64,000 nucleotides of DNA from an uncultured Chitinophagaceae bacterium (GCA_964636205.1 CAZWPF010000001.1:21260-85259), one strand, 5' to 3'; counted from the first letter of the stretch, positions 9,059-18,712 are shown. Program-made: numbers and translations. The notes: a model not told the origin generated them from the letters alone.

Positions 9059-9937
9059 ATGAAGCATTCTTACCTTATTGTGCCGATCTCGGCTTTAATT
9101 GCTTTTTTGTCTTTCTCGGGAAGTTCGTCCGGACCAGCCGCCGATGGGCGTGGAGATAATACCGGACGGCGTAGTGCGGCATTAACTTGTGGTGCCACAG
9201 GTTGTCATGGCTCCGGTTCGCCCGATATTACGCTCAATGCCAGCTTGATCGATAAGTCGACCGGCGAGCCTATTACAGGAGGTTATGTGCCCGGCAGAGC
9301 ATATGAAGTGTTGATTGAAGCAACCAATGACCTAAATACTTTCAACAGATTTGGGTTCCAGGCGGTAATGGTTAATTCAGGCAATGCGCAGGCAGGCGAT
9401 TTTGTTTCTTCCACTTTATCCCCTGATTATCAAATTTCTACTTCCGCAGGTGTCAAAATCGTTGAGCATCGCCGCACGTTGGTGGCTGCCACCAAAGACG
9501 ATATCAATATGAGCTTTGATTGGGAAGCACCATCTTCTGGTACAGGAGCAGTCACTCTTTGGGCTATAGTGAATATAGTTAATGGTAACAGAATGAGCGA
9601 TGGTGCGGATCGATCCAATATGCCATTCTCAATTACCTTCAACGAAGAAGTAACGAGCGCTGTTCAATCGATCGCGCATCGCGATGCCGAGCCCAGATTA
9701 TTTCCTAATCCTGCTCATGGTTTGGTGCAACTGGATTTAGAGCAACCGCTTTCGGGCAGTTATTCGGTTGTGGTGTATCAGTTAACCGGTGCGGTAGTTC
9801 ATAGGGAACAATGGATACCTCATGCCTCCGGTTCTTTGCGTATCAATACTTCAGGCTGGCAGAAAGGAATGTATTACATTCAACTGGCACATGAAGCCGG
9901 TGGTTATAAGTCGGTGCAGCTTTTGATGGTGAATTAA
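9059..9937 (+). CDS. Secreted protein with a T9SS type-A C-terminal sorting domain; N-domain possibly reeler-like
   Basis: Signal peptide present. The C-terminal roughly 80 aa (RLFPNPAHGLVQLDLE...GMYYIQL...SVQLLMVN) matches the Por/T9SS CTD pattern. The N-domain has TCGATGCHG and FGFQAVMVNSGNAQAGDF. Confidence 0.75.
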   Translation: MKHSYLIVPISALIAFLSFSGSSSGPAADGRGDNTGRRSAALTCGATGCHGSGSPDITLNASLIDKSTGEPITGGYVPGRAYEVLIEATNDLNTFNRFGFQAVMVNSGNAQAGDFVSSTLSPDYQISTSAGVKIVEHRRTLVAATKDDINMSFDWEAPSSGTGAVTLWAIVNIVNGNRMSDGADRSNMPFSITFNEEVTSAVQSIAHRDAEPRLFPNPAHGLVQLDLEQPLSGSYSVVVYQLTGAVVHREQWIPHASGSLRINTSGWQKGMYYIQLAHEAGGYKSVQLLMVN

Positions 9938-9972
9938 ATTTGATTGTGAAAGTATAGTGCAAAATGTAACTT

Positions 9973-9998
9973 AGCCAGAAGAAATTCTGGCTTTGTTG
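9973..9998 (+). terminator. Rho-independent terminator
   Basis: Stem AGCCAGAA / TTCTGGCT (8 bp), GAAA loop, then TTGTTG. Confidence 0.6.
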
Positions 9999-10124
9999 TA
10001 ATCAATATGTTCGCACCGAATGGCTCCGGAATAGCAAATACAAATTGGATTTTGATAGGGGCGGGATGCTTCTCTGAAAATATTATTTTGCTGCATAACT
10101 GATGCGAAAAAGAAATTCACCATT

Positions 10125-13100
10125 ATGAATTCGAGGATAGATCGGAAAAAGTTTGACGAGCGCTACCAAAAGTTGAATGAGAATCAGCGGGAAGCTGTCA
10201 ATATTACCTACGGACCTGCCATGGTGATTGCGGGACCCGGTACGGGTAAAACAGAGGTGTTGTCCATGAGAATCGCCAACCTATTGTTGAGTGAGATACA
10301 GGTGAATGCCAATGAAATTTTATGTCTCACTTTTACTGATGAGGCAACAGTCGCCATGCGGAGGAGGTTGCTCGAAATCATCGGCGAAGACGCGCACAGG
10401 ATCCACATCTTTACCTTTCACGCTTTTTGCAATCAGATCATTCAATATTTTCCTGAGTATTTCGGGATGCGGGATTTAAGTCCCATCACTGATTTGGAGC
10501 GAATGGACCTGGTATATCATTTAATAGACGAACTGCCCGAGGGTCATTTACTGAGGCGTTTAAAGGGTAATATCTACTACGATGCCAAGTATTTGATTTC
10601 TTTATTTAACCTCATGAAATCTGAGGATTGGAGTCATGAATTGATATCGGAGCAAATTGATTCGTATTTGAATGATCTACCGAATAGGGAAGAGTTTCAA
10701 TATAAGCGTGCCAATTCTAAGAAGGGTATTAAAGTAGGTGATCTGAAGGAGGAGGACATAAGAAAGGAGACGGAGAGAATGGAGCGGACAAGAGCCGCGG
10801 CGCAATTGTTTCCCGAATATCAGCGCCGAATGGAAGCCGCCGGTCGCTATGATTTTAGCGATATGATTTTGTGGGTGATCAAGGCGTTTAAGGAGCATTC
10901 GGATCTGCTAAGGATACAGCAAGAGCGTTTTCAGTTTATACTGGTAGATGAATTTCAGGATACCAGTGGTGCGCAGTATGAGATTTTGACCTTGCTGGCA
11001 GATTATTGGGAGGATCCCAATATATTTATTGTAGGTGACGATGATCAATCGGTGTTTGAATTTCAGGGAGCGCGAATAGAGAATATCGTAGATTTTTTTA
11101 ACCGCTACAGTACGTCCATTCAACCGGTGGTTCTTAAAGAGAACTACCGTTCTACACAGGCGATTTTGGATAAGGCTACACAGTCGATCGAAAACAACCA
11201 AACCCGGTTGGTTAAGGTCTTGAAGCAGATTCTGCCAGAAGAATATAAGCTGGAGAAAGATTTGATTGCATCGCATCCGAGGTTCAAAACCGAGGACGCC
11301 GTGCAGCCTGTTGTAAGAGTTTGCTACAACGCCATGCATGAGGAGGCATATGTTGTAGAGGAGATAGAAGCATTGCGTAAAAAGGGGGTCGACCTCAGCG
11401 ATGTTGCGGTGTTGTACGCGCAACATCGACAAGCTTCTAACATCATCGCGCAGTTAGAGAAAAAAGGAATACCCTACTGGGTTAAAAGACCGGTAAACAT
11501 TTTGGACATACCGTTTATTCAGCAGTTACTTCAACTACTCCGATATATTGAGCAGGAACTGACTCGTCCGTTTAGCGGGGAGGCGCAGCTGTTTCGATTG
11601 ATGCATGCTCCGTTTTTGGGGATATCTGCTCTGGATATCGCAAGTTTGAGCATCTACTTGCAAAGTAAGGAGCGCAAGCATGTTTATTGGAGGTATTTGC
11701 TTCAGGATGTGTTGTATCTGGAATCGATGGGGTTGTTATCGACACCCGCAATTCGAAAACTGGGAGCAAATATCGAACAGTGGATAAAAAATGCCGATTC
11801 ACTTACCATGCCCATGCTGTTGGAGAAAATCGTTTACGATGGCGGATTACTTTCCTATATCATGCAGCGCGAAGATCAGATATGGGAGATGCAGGTGCTG
11901 CATAGTTTTTTTGAGTTTGTCAGAGAAGAATGCATCAAGCGGCCGCGTATGAAGATCGGGGAGTTGTTAGAGATAGCCGAACAGATGGATCGGGAACAAA
12001 TTCCGCTGGGTATTCAGAAAGTGGTAAAGCAAGATAACGGAGTGCGGTTTTATACTGCTTTTGCGGCGAAGGGGCATGAGTTTGAACATGTGTTTTTGAT
12101 CGGACTGAATAAGAATTTTTGGGAGGGGAAATCGGGTGGCCAGCGTGGATTTTCACTGCCTGATACACTGACCGGGAGTTCTTCGACGGAGACAGGGCAA
12201 AGCAATAGCGAAGAAGTAGCTCGACGTTTGTTTTATGTGGCGGTCACCAGGGCAAAGAAATATTTATACATGTCTTATGCTCAGATGGATAACAAGGATA
12301 AGGTTTTAGAGCCTTCCCAGTTTGTGGATGAGGTGAGTGCCGAGCATGAAAGGGAGCAGTTGGCTTTAACCGATAAAAATTTACTGCCCCATTTGGTAAC
12401 TTCACTGGAGCCGGCTCCTAAAGTGCAAGTAACACTCGCGAAAAGAGAGCTGATTGACCGGCGACTTGAGAGTTTTGCGCTGAGTGTATCAGCCATGAAT
12501 AAGTATTTGAATTGTCCGCTCTCTTTTTATTACGAATATATACTGCGAGTACCGGCGGCAAAATCCGATGCCATGGCGTTTGGGACTGCAATACACTATG
12601 CGCTGGAACAATTGTTTAAAAAGATGCAAGCTCATCATTTAAAGATGTTCCCACGGAAAGATGAATTGGTGAGTTGGTTTCAATATGCAATGAGGCGTGA
12701 GGAGAGTGCTTTTACAGAACAGCAGTATGAACGTCGCAGAGAGTTGGGTGTGCAGTTGCTGAGTGATTATTATAATGAGTATTTGGGGATGTTTAATAAG
12801 ACTACCCTGACTGAATTAAATATATCTAATGTAGTTGTAGAAGGCGTGCCTATCAAAGGGAAATTGGATAAGCTGGAGTTTACAGGTAATGAATGTGTGG
12901 TAGTGGATTATAAAACCGGAGATCCCGACTTTTCCGGGCGCAAGCAATTGTACGGACCCTCCCCGGAGTCGCCGAATGGTGGTGACTATTGGCGGCAGAT
13001 GGTATTTTATAAAATATTACTGGAAGTTTTCCCTCCGGCAAGGACTTGGAAAATGACTGCCGGAATGTTTGATTTCATTGAGAAAAACAAAAAAGGGGAA

Positions 13101-13313
13101 TTTGTCAGATTTCTCGTGCCGATTGATGAAGACAGTGTAAGGACGGTGAAGCAGCAGATAAAGGAAGTGTATGAGAAGATAATGGCACGCGAGTTTCATA
13201 CCGGTTGTGGCGACAAGGATTGTTACTGGTGTAGTTTTGCTAATCAGTTTGAATTAAATCAACGCGCAGGAGAAACCCAGAATCACGAGGCCGATGCGGT
13301 AGTCGATTTTTAG
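10125..13313 (+). CDS. UvrD/PcrA-type SF1 helicase fused to a C-terminal PD-(D/E)XK (Cas4/AddB-like) nuclease with a Cys cluster
   Basis: 1062 aa. Walker A AGPGTGKT, DEFQDT, VGDDDQSVFEFQGA, YRST and VAVTRAKK helicase motifs. The C-terminus has GKLDKLE...VVVDYKTG and cysteines at NCPLSF plus CGDKDCYWC. Confidence 0.85.
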   Translation: MNSRIDRKKFDERYQKLNENQREAVNITYGPAMVIAGPGTGKTEVLSMRIANLLLSEIQVNANEILCLTFTDEATVAMRRRLLEIIGEDAHRIHIFTFHAFCNQIIQYFPEYFGMRDLSPITDLERMDLVYHLIDELPEGHLLRRLKGNIYYDAKYLISLFNLMKSEDWSHELISEQIDSYLNDLPNREEFQYKRANSKKGIKVGDLKEEDIRKETERMERTRAAAQLFPEYQRRMEAAGRYDFSDMILWVIKAFKEHSDLLRIQQERFQFILVDEFQDTSGAQYEILTLLADYWEDPNIFIVGDDDQSVFEFQGARIENIVDFFNRYSTSIQPVVLKENYRSTQAILDKATQSIENNQTRLVKVLKQILPEEYKLEKDLIASHPRFKTEDAVQPVVRVCYNAMHEEAYVVEEIEALRKKGVDLSDVAVLYAQHRQASNIIAQLEKKGIPYWVKRPVNILDIPFIQQLLQLLRYIEQELTRPFSGEAQLFRLMHAPFLGISALDIASLSIYLQSKERKHVYWRYLLQDVLYLESMGLLSTPAIRKLGANIEQWIKNADSLTMPMLLEKIVYDGGLLSYIMQREDQIWEMQVLHSFFEFVREECIKRPRMKIGELLEIAEQMDREQIPLGIQKVVKQDNGVRFYTAFAAKGHEFEHVFLIGLNKNFWEGKSGGQRGFSLPDTLTGSSSTETGQSNSEEVARRLFYVAVTRAKKYLYMSYAQMDNKDKVLEPSQFVDEVSAEHEREQLALTDKNLLPHLVTSLEPAPKVQVTLAKRELIDRRLESFALSVSAMNKYLNCPLSFYYEYILRVPAAKSDAMAFGTAIHYALEQLFKKMQAHHLKMFPRKDELVSWFQYAMRREESAFTEQQYERRRELGVQLLSDYYNEYLGMFNKTTLTELNISNVVVEGVPIKGKLDKLEFTGNECVVVDYKTGDPDFSGRKQLYGPSPESPNGGDYWRQMVFYKILLEVFPPARTWKMTAGMFDFIEKNKKGEFVRFLVPIDEDSVRTVKQQIKEVYEKIMAREFHTGCGDKDCYWCSFANQFELNQRAGETQNHEADAVVDF

Positions 13314-13546
13314 GTTACCGAGAGCTGATCGATTGCTTTAGCAAGATGACGATCTTTTTCGGTTATTATCTTTCCGGCGCTATGTGTAGACAACCAAAGT
13401 TCCAGAATATTCCATTCTAACTTAATTGTTGGATGGTGATTGAATTTTTCTGAGAGCATGGCTATTTGCGTCAGAAAGACAAAAGCAGTTGAGAAGTCCT
13501 GGAATTGAAATCTTCGATACATCTGGTTATCGATTTCTTGCCACAT
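13310..13546 (-). CDS. phhB: 4a-hydroxytetrahydrobiopterin (pterin-4-alpha-carbinolamine) dehydratase
   Basis: 78 aa with FxFxDF...AF.F...IA..SEK.NHHP and LSTHSAG, the PCD/DCoH signature. Confidence 0.85.
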   Translation of the reverse strand: MWQEIDNQMYRRFQFQDFSTAFVFLTQIAMLSEKFNHHPTIKLEWNILELWLSTHSAGKIITEKDRHLAKAIDQLSVT

Positions 13547-13569
13547 GGTTTACATTTTTAAGAATGGTA

Positions 13570-14661
13570 TTATAATCGCGCCAACCAATTTTTAAGAATT
13601 GGTTGGTATTGTTGGAAAACTTCGATGGGAAAGTAGTTGGATGTATTGGATTTTGGCACTTGTTCAAATGCATTAACTAGAGAAATTTTGCGTTGATGGA
13701 CATAAGTAAACAGACCTTGTTTCGCTAAGTATTTCGCTAGATATAGCTGTTCGGTTTGCCCCGGTGTTGGAATTAGAATCCCCTTTTTATTAAACGCTAT
13801 TAAGTCCATAATAGTAGAATAGCCACTTCGTGAAACAACACAGGTGGCATTTTCCATTATCGGCTGCAGTTCCTGAGGTGTGAGTCGCTTATGCCAGCTG
13901 ACATGCTCAGGGATATTGCGTGGTGGTGGTGCTTCATTTGATCCTTCCACGAATACAATCTTACCCTGAAACCGGAGTGTTTGTTTCCAAAGCATCTCAG
14001 ACAGAATTGATCGTTGCGGTTCCGGACCAGACAATAGAATAAGCAGATATTCATTTTTTGGACGTGATTCGACAGGCTGGTATGGAGATAGCAGGCCTAT
14101 ATACTTGGTGTTCACCGGCAGAACCGACGGGTGTCCAAGAGTACCTGAAAGGTTCTTAGTGTCGGCCACATCAGGTACCCAAACCTCGTCAAAATTTTTA
14201 AAAACCCGGTAATGAAGTCGCCTCAGGTATTGGTCGGCGATTTGTCCCATCCCTGTCTGCACTTGCAGTTGATGGGAAATGATAATAGATGGTATTTGAG
14301 GATGGTAGATACCATAACGGTTATCGGAGATAATTCCGTCTACGGGTTCCTGCGCCATTTTTTGCCGGAGCCACGATTGCTCGGATTTGATTACCTGGAT
14401 TAGTTTGGGAACCTGACTGATGATTGCGGGTATCATGGTGCTACCTCTGCGACTATATTTTACGTTATAACCATCGAGTTGCCAGGTAGTAATATTGGGG
14501 AAAATTTTCCCTAAGAATAATTGTTGAGAATTATTTCCGGCTACAATGACCTCGTGGCCTTGATCCGTCAGAAAACGAATCAGGGGGATGCACCTTGTGA
14601 GATGACCCATGCCCCAGTCGAGCGGTGCAATCAATATTCGCTTAGGTTTAGCTGTTCCCAA
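13570..14661 (-). CDS. GT-B glycosyltransferase (GT1/GT28 MGT-like)
   Basis: 363 aa. N-terminus RILIAPLDWGMGHLTRCIPLIRFL, C-terminal SRSGYSTIMD and PTPGQTEQ motifs. TTG start. Confidence 0.75.
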   Translation of the reverse strand: MGTAKPKRILIAPLDWGMGHLTRCIPLIRFLTDQGHEVIVAGNNSQQLFLGKIFPNITTWQLDGYNVKYSRRGSTMIPAIISQVPKLIQVIKSEQSWLRQKMAQEPVDGIISDNRYGIYHPQIPSIIISHQLQVQTGMGQIADQYLRRLHYRVFKNFDEVWVPDVADTKNLSGTLGHPSVLPVNTKYIGLLSPYQPVESRPKNEYLLILLSGPEPQRSILSEMLWKQTLRFQGKIVFVEGSNEAPPPRNIPEHVSWHKRLTPQELQPIMENATCVVSRSGYSTIMDLIAFNKKGILIPTPGQTEQLYLAKYLAKQGLFTYVHQRKISLVNAFEQVPKSNTSNYFPIEVFQQYQPILKNWLARL

Positions 14662-14676
14662 TAATTCTTATTTTTA

Positions 14677-14684
14677 CAAAAGTA
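14677..14684 (-). promoter_or_regulatory. -7 promoter box (TACTTTTG on the minus strand)
   Basis: TAnnTTTG match 15 nt upstream of the TTG start at 14661. Confidence 0.4.
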
Positions 14685-14695
14685 ACGGTTTTGCT

Positions 14696-14842
14696 ATGGG
14701 CCAAAGAACACGACGTATTATTCAAATTTCAGTTATGTTATGTGCAATTGCAATTTTGGCACAAAGTTGTACTGTATTTAAGGATTGCGGTTGTAGTAAT
14801 GATATAAATCGTACTTATAAGCCACCGCGAAATTTACGTTAA
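14696..14842 (+). CDS. Possible 48-aa Cys-rich small lipoprotein
   Basis: An internal ATG of ORF 14609..14842 gives MGQRTRRIIQISVMLCAIAILAQSC|TVFKDCGCSNDINRTYKPPRNLR. This has a basic n-region, a hydrophobic core and a Cys after the signal. No homologue recognised. Confidence 0.25.
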   Translation: MGQRTRRIIQISVMLCAIAILAQSCTVFKDCGCSNDINRTYKPPRNLR

Positions 14843-15307
14843 ATACTTTCTTATGCTGAGTGGTCAAGATCAGAATAAAGTCTGGATGCAATATCTGAAT
14901 GGAATTGTAGCCACAGATTTATATTCGGCGGTTTTTCTATCGTCTTGGCTGCGACATTCGATACTGACGCGAGAGTACACCAATTTTCTAGAGGTGGTGG
15001 ATATTCAGAAATATCGGGTGATACGCAGAAATCCGGATGTGCTGATCGCAATTCGTAATCGATCATCCATTCCATTTGTATTTGTGATAGGGCGCAACTG
15101 ATCTATTACGGCCAGGCAGGTGAGCGAATGTAGCGAGCGCATTCATTTACGCTCGCAAGATAGGGTTATTTTTTTCTAATATTATTTCAAGTTTCAAATC
15201 GACAATTCAGTCTGGGGATCAATCAAGAAGGTGACATTTAGCTATAAAAGATCTGATAAAACCAATTGCGAAAGGTAAACATCAGAATTTTAAAAGAATA
15301 AAAAATT

Positions 15308-15315
15308 TACCTTTG
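15308..15315 (+). promoter_or_regulatory. -7 promoter box (TACCTTTG) for wza-wzc
   Basis: Exact TAnnTTTG, 24 nt before the ATG at 15340. This argues against the TTG at 15313 used by the ORF track. Confidence 0.5.
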
Positions 15316-15339
15316 CTCATCCATTATCATTGGCGTCCT

Positions 15340-16170
15340 ATGGTTAGACAATTTCAACTATATTTTATTGTATCAGCAGTCGTTTTATTCATTGCTTCAT
15401 GTAGTTCTCCTAAAAAGGTGATTTACTTTAAAGACAATGTTGCAAATGATGATACTGTCGTTACATTACAATCCTTATCGCCAATTCCGGAAATAAGAAT
15501 TCAGCCCGATGATATAATCTCGATAAATGTTACCAGTATCAGTAGTATCAGCGAACAGAACCCCGATCCGGTAAATATATTTAATGAGGGTGGAACACGG
15601 TATCCTCTGACGCCTTTGGCCGGATCAGTGAGTGGTTCCGGGGTACATACCTCAGGTTATCTGGTAGATATGAACGGTGAGATTGATTTTCCGGTTTTGG
15701 GTAAAATAAAGTTGGCAGGTCTGACTATCCGAGAGACTAAGGAAGTGCTTAGCAAACGTTTACGTGATTATGTTAAGGAACCGGTAGTGGAGGCACGAAT
15801 TATCAATTACAGAGTGACTATTTTGGGAGAGGTCGGTCGTCCCGGTCCGGTTATCGCTCCAAATCATAAACTTAATATTATCGAAGCAATTGCCGCTGCC
15901 GGCGAGATTCCCGTTACAGGCCGCAAGGATAACGTATTGGTGATCCGTCAGAATGGGGGTCAGCGCGAGTTCGCGCGATTGAATTTGAATAGTAAAGATG
16001 TATTTAAGGATCCATATTTCAATCTGATGCAGAACGATATCGTTTACGTGGAGCCCTCTCGGATCAGAAGACAAGAATCGAATGAATTCCTTCGGTTTTA
16101 CCTTCCTGCAATTGCCAGTTTGTTGACAACCGCTTTGGGTGTTTACGGAATTGTTCAACTAACAAAATAA
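15340..16170 (+). CDS. wza: Polysaccharide export outer-membrane protein (OPX, Wza-like)
   Basis: Lipoprotein-type signal (VLFIASCSS), Poly_export motif (IQPDDIISINV) and SLBB-like region (ILGEVGRPG...NIIEAIAAAGE). Confidence 0.85.
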   Translation: MVRQFQLYFIVSAVVLFIASCSSPKKVIYFKDNVANDDTVVTLQSLSPIPEIRIQPDDIISINVTSISSISEQNPDPVNIFNEGGTRYPLTPLAGSVSGSGVHTSGYLVDMNGEIDFPVLGKIKLAGLTIRETKEVLSKRLRDYVKEPVVEARIINYRVTILGEVGRPGPVIAPNHKLNIIEAIAAAGEIPVTGRKDNVLVIRQNGGQREFARLNLNSKDVFKDPYFNLMQNDIVYVEPSRIRRQESNEFLRFYLPAIASLLTTALGVYGIVQLTK

Positions 16171-16193
16171 TTTTTCAGAAACGATAGTCAGGT

Positions 16194-18578
16194 ATGGAAT
16201 CCAACCCGTTGCCCAACAAGATTAGCAATCAGTTAAATATTAATTTTGATTTTCGAAGGTTATTAGCCTCGTTTTTAGCGAACTGGTATTGGTTCCTGAT
16301 TAGCCTCCTCGTGTTTACCGGTGGAGGCTATCTCTATTTGAGATATGCCACGCCTGTATACCTGATCAAAAGTTCTCTCATGCTTGAAGTGGGAGGTGGA
16401 GAGAACGCTGGCAAGAGCGTATTGAGCGATATTGGTATCAAAAAGGACGATGTTAATATTTACAATGAAATCTTTATTCTACGTTCTCAGGACTTGGTAA
16501 GTGAGGTGATCGATTCCTTGGATTTGAACATTCATTACTGGGTTAAGGGTCGTATCAAGGAAAACGAGATATTTGGTGAAGCTCCGATACGGATGGTTTT
16601 TGACTCTGCCGGTTATCGTGCCAGTTATCCGGTTGAATTGATTTTACGGCAAGTTGTAGAAGGACAGTTTGAACTCGGCGAGGGCGATCGCGAAACCAGA
16701 ATCGTGTCGGATGCATGGGTGGAACGTCCATATGGTAGATTTAAGATCGTATATTCAGGAGGGAATGAAGGGTATTTGGGCAATGAGATCAAAATTCAGG
16801 TAGATCCCATTATGGCTACAGTTCAGGATTTTGTCTCTCGGCTTGCGATACATATGAGTGACGGAAGAACGAGCATGTTGGATCTTCAGTACAAAGACAT
16901 TCTTCCAGAGAGGGGGGTAATATTTTTAAAAACCCTGATCCGGTTTTATCATCGGAAAGAGCTGCAGAATATCAACCGTTTCGCAGAAAGAACACGAGAG
17001 TTTATCAGTCAGCGACAAGCTGATCTAATGGGCGATATCCGGAATGTGGATAGCAAGGTGGAGAACATCAAGATTAGTCACGGCTTGGTAGATGTATCAT
17101 CACAGGCGGGAGCGTACGTAAGCGGTAAGTCTCAGTCGGAACAACAGTTGGAAGATATTATCGGAAAGAAGCAGGCGATCGCCTATCTGAAACAGTCTAT
17201 TCAGGAACAACAAAGTGGCAGACATCAAATCTTGGCGGGCATTGGTATTGATGACCCTGTGGTGATCGGTCTGGTTACACAGTATAATGGGCTGGTTCAG
17301 AAATTAGAGGCCAGAGATTTACCTCCTTCGAATCCTGTTCGTATTCAAGCAGAAAGTGAAATTGCCAATTTGAGAAAGCGTATTCTGGATGCTTCAGATA
17401 AGGTGTTGGCATCACTGGATATTGCACAGCGCAACGCGGCAAGATCAGCTTCTGAATATTCAAGTCTCATTCGTACGGTGCCATCAATCGATCGCACAAT
17501 TACGGACGTGAAACGGGAATACGATGTGTTACAGAGCATGTACCTGATGCTTTATCAGAAGGGGGTCGAGAATGAAATAGCTTTGTACGCAGCGTCTAAT
17601 AAATCAAAAGAAGTAGTAGCTCCTTACCATTCAGGCACTCCGGTTACCCCTGTTCCTAACAATATATATACTTTAGTTATTATACTAGGATTGGCTATTC
17701 CTGCATTGATAATGACCTCCCGAGAACTGCTTAATAATAAGATAGCCAATGAAAGGGAAATCGAACAGCTTACTACCTTGCCGGTAATAGGCTCGATTGC
17801 CAAATCTAAGGGTAATTCAGATATCGTTATTGGGGAAAGAATTCGTACCGGTATTGCCGAGCAGTTTAGATTGGTGCGGGCAAATCTTGAGTTCATCAAC
17901 GCCGGTCAAAAAAATAATGTAATATCGATCACCTCCAGCATGAGTGGTGAGGGTAAGACTTTTATTTCCATCAATCTTGCACTTACACTGGCATTGGCCG
18001 GGAAGCGGGTGGTAGTGATGGAATTCGATTTACGTAAGCCCAAGATTTCAGAACGACTCAATTTAGGAACGGAAGGTGGTATCAGTGCTTATTTGGCCGG
18101 AATAGCGGGGACCAATCAAGTTATTAAGCCATCAGGTTTACACCCCAATCTCTTTGTTGCCAACTGCGGACCTGTTCCACCCAATCCGGGAGAGCTATTG
18201 ATTTTACCAAAGACCGAAGCACTAATAACGGAACTCCAGTCATTGTTCGATATGGTCATCATTGATACGGCCCCGATCGGAATGGTGTCCGATGCACTTG
18301 TTTTATCTAAATATGCCTCGGTCAACCTGTTCGTTACCCGTCAGGCATATACAGCTAAGGAGCAGGTAAGAATGTTGGACAGAATTTTCCACGAGGGGAA
18401 AGTGAAGAACGCCGCTATCGTATTTAATGGGGTCGACTACCACCAGAAATATGGTTATGGGTACGGCTATGGTTACGGTTATGGATACGGTTATGGATAC
18501 GGTGGCCAGGGATATTACGATGAGGAGGACAAAAAGAAAGGCTTATTCGCAAGATTGAAAAGTAAAGGCAAAGCCTGA
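16194..18578 (+). CDS. wzc: Polysaccharide co-polymerase / BY-tyrosine kinase (Wzc/GumC-like)
   Basis: 794 aa. N-terminal Wzz-type TM plus periplasmic coiled-coil, second TM (IYTLVIILGLAIPALIM), Walker A SSMSGEGKTF, Walker B VIIDTAP and a C-terminal tyrosine cluster. Confidence 0.85.
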   Translation: MESNPLPNKISNQLNINFDFRRLLASFLANWYWFLISLLVFTGGGYLYLRYATPVYLIKSSLMLEVGGGENAGKSVLSDIGIKKDDVNIYNEIFILRSQDLVSEVIDSLDLNIHYWVKGRIKENEIFGEAPIRMVFDSAGYRASYPVELILRQVVEGQFELGEGDRETRIVSDAWVERPYGRFKIVYSGGNEGYLGNEIKIQVDPIMATVQDFVSRLAIHMSDGRTSMLDLQYKDILPERGVIFLKTLIRFYHRKELQNINRFAERTREFISQRQADLMGDIRNVDSKVENIKISHGLVDVSSQAGAYVSGKSQSEQQLEDIIGKKQAIAYLKQSIQEQQSGRHQILAGIGIDDPVVIGLVTQYNGLVQKLEARDLPPSNPVRIQAESEIANLRKRILDASDKVLASLDIAQRNAARSASEYSSLIRTVPSIDRTITDVKREYDVLQSMYLMLYQKGVENEIALYAASNKSKEVVAPYHSGTPVTPVPNNIYTLVIILGLAIPALIMTSRELLNNKIANEREIEQLTTLPVIGSIAKSKGNSDIVIGERIRTGIAEQFRLVRANLEFINAGQKNNVISITSSMSGEGKTFISINLALTLALAGKRVVVMEFDLRKPKISERLNLGTEGGISAYLAGIAGTNQVIKPSGLHPNLFVANCGPVPPNPGELLILPKTEALITELQSLFDMVIIDTAPIGMVSDALVLSKYASVNLFVTRQAYTAKEQVRMLDRIFHEGKVKNAAIVFNGVDYHQKYGYGYGYGYGYGYGYGYGGQGYYDEEDKKKGLFARLKSKGKA
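18450..18497 (+). repeat. (Tyr-Gly)8 coding repeat forming the Wzc C-terminal Y-cluster
   Basis: tat ggt tat ggg tac ggc tat ggt tac ggt tat gga tac ggt tat gga. Synonymous codons alternate. Confidence 0.9.
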
Positions 18579-18712
18579 TTTCCGAATTAGTTAAGCGAAA
18601 CATTTTAATTTTTACACTCTGACAAGGAGATGGGAGCTCTTTTTCAAATGTTCAAAATAGTTGATACTGTTTTTGGTACTTCATTAAAAACCTTTTCTCG
18701 GGAAATGCTTGT

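Noticed and set aside
10908-11432. 174-aa antisense ORF inside the helicase gene. Similar long shadow ORFs: 15760..16158, 20566..20970, 21877..22254, 23435..23953, 25907..26284, 39407..39994, 44156..44632, 50346..50786, 51813..52223, 60586..60981, 62100..62510 and 63233..63640
   Set aside because: All lie wholly inside strongly supported genes on the opposite strand or in another frame. All have low-complexity or Cys/Arg/Leu-rich composition typical of non-coding frames.
14851-15101. Two overlapping 74-aa and 82-aa ORFs on opposite strands as real genes
   Set aside because: Neither has a recognisable motif, signal or promoter box, and at most one can be real. I left both unannotated and flagged the region as a finding instead.
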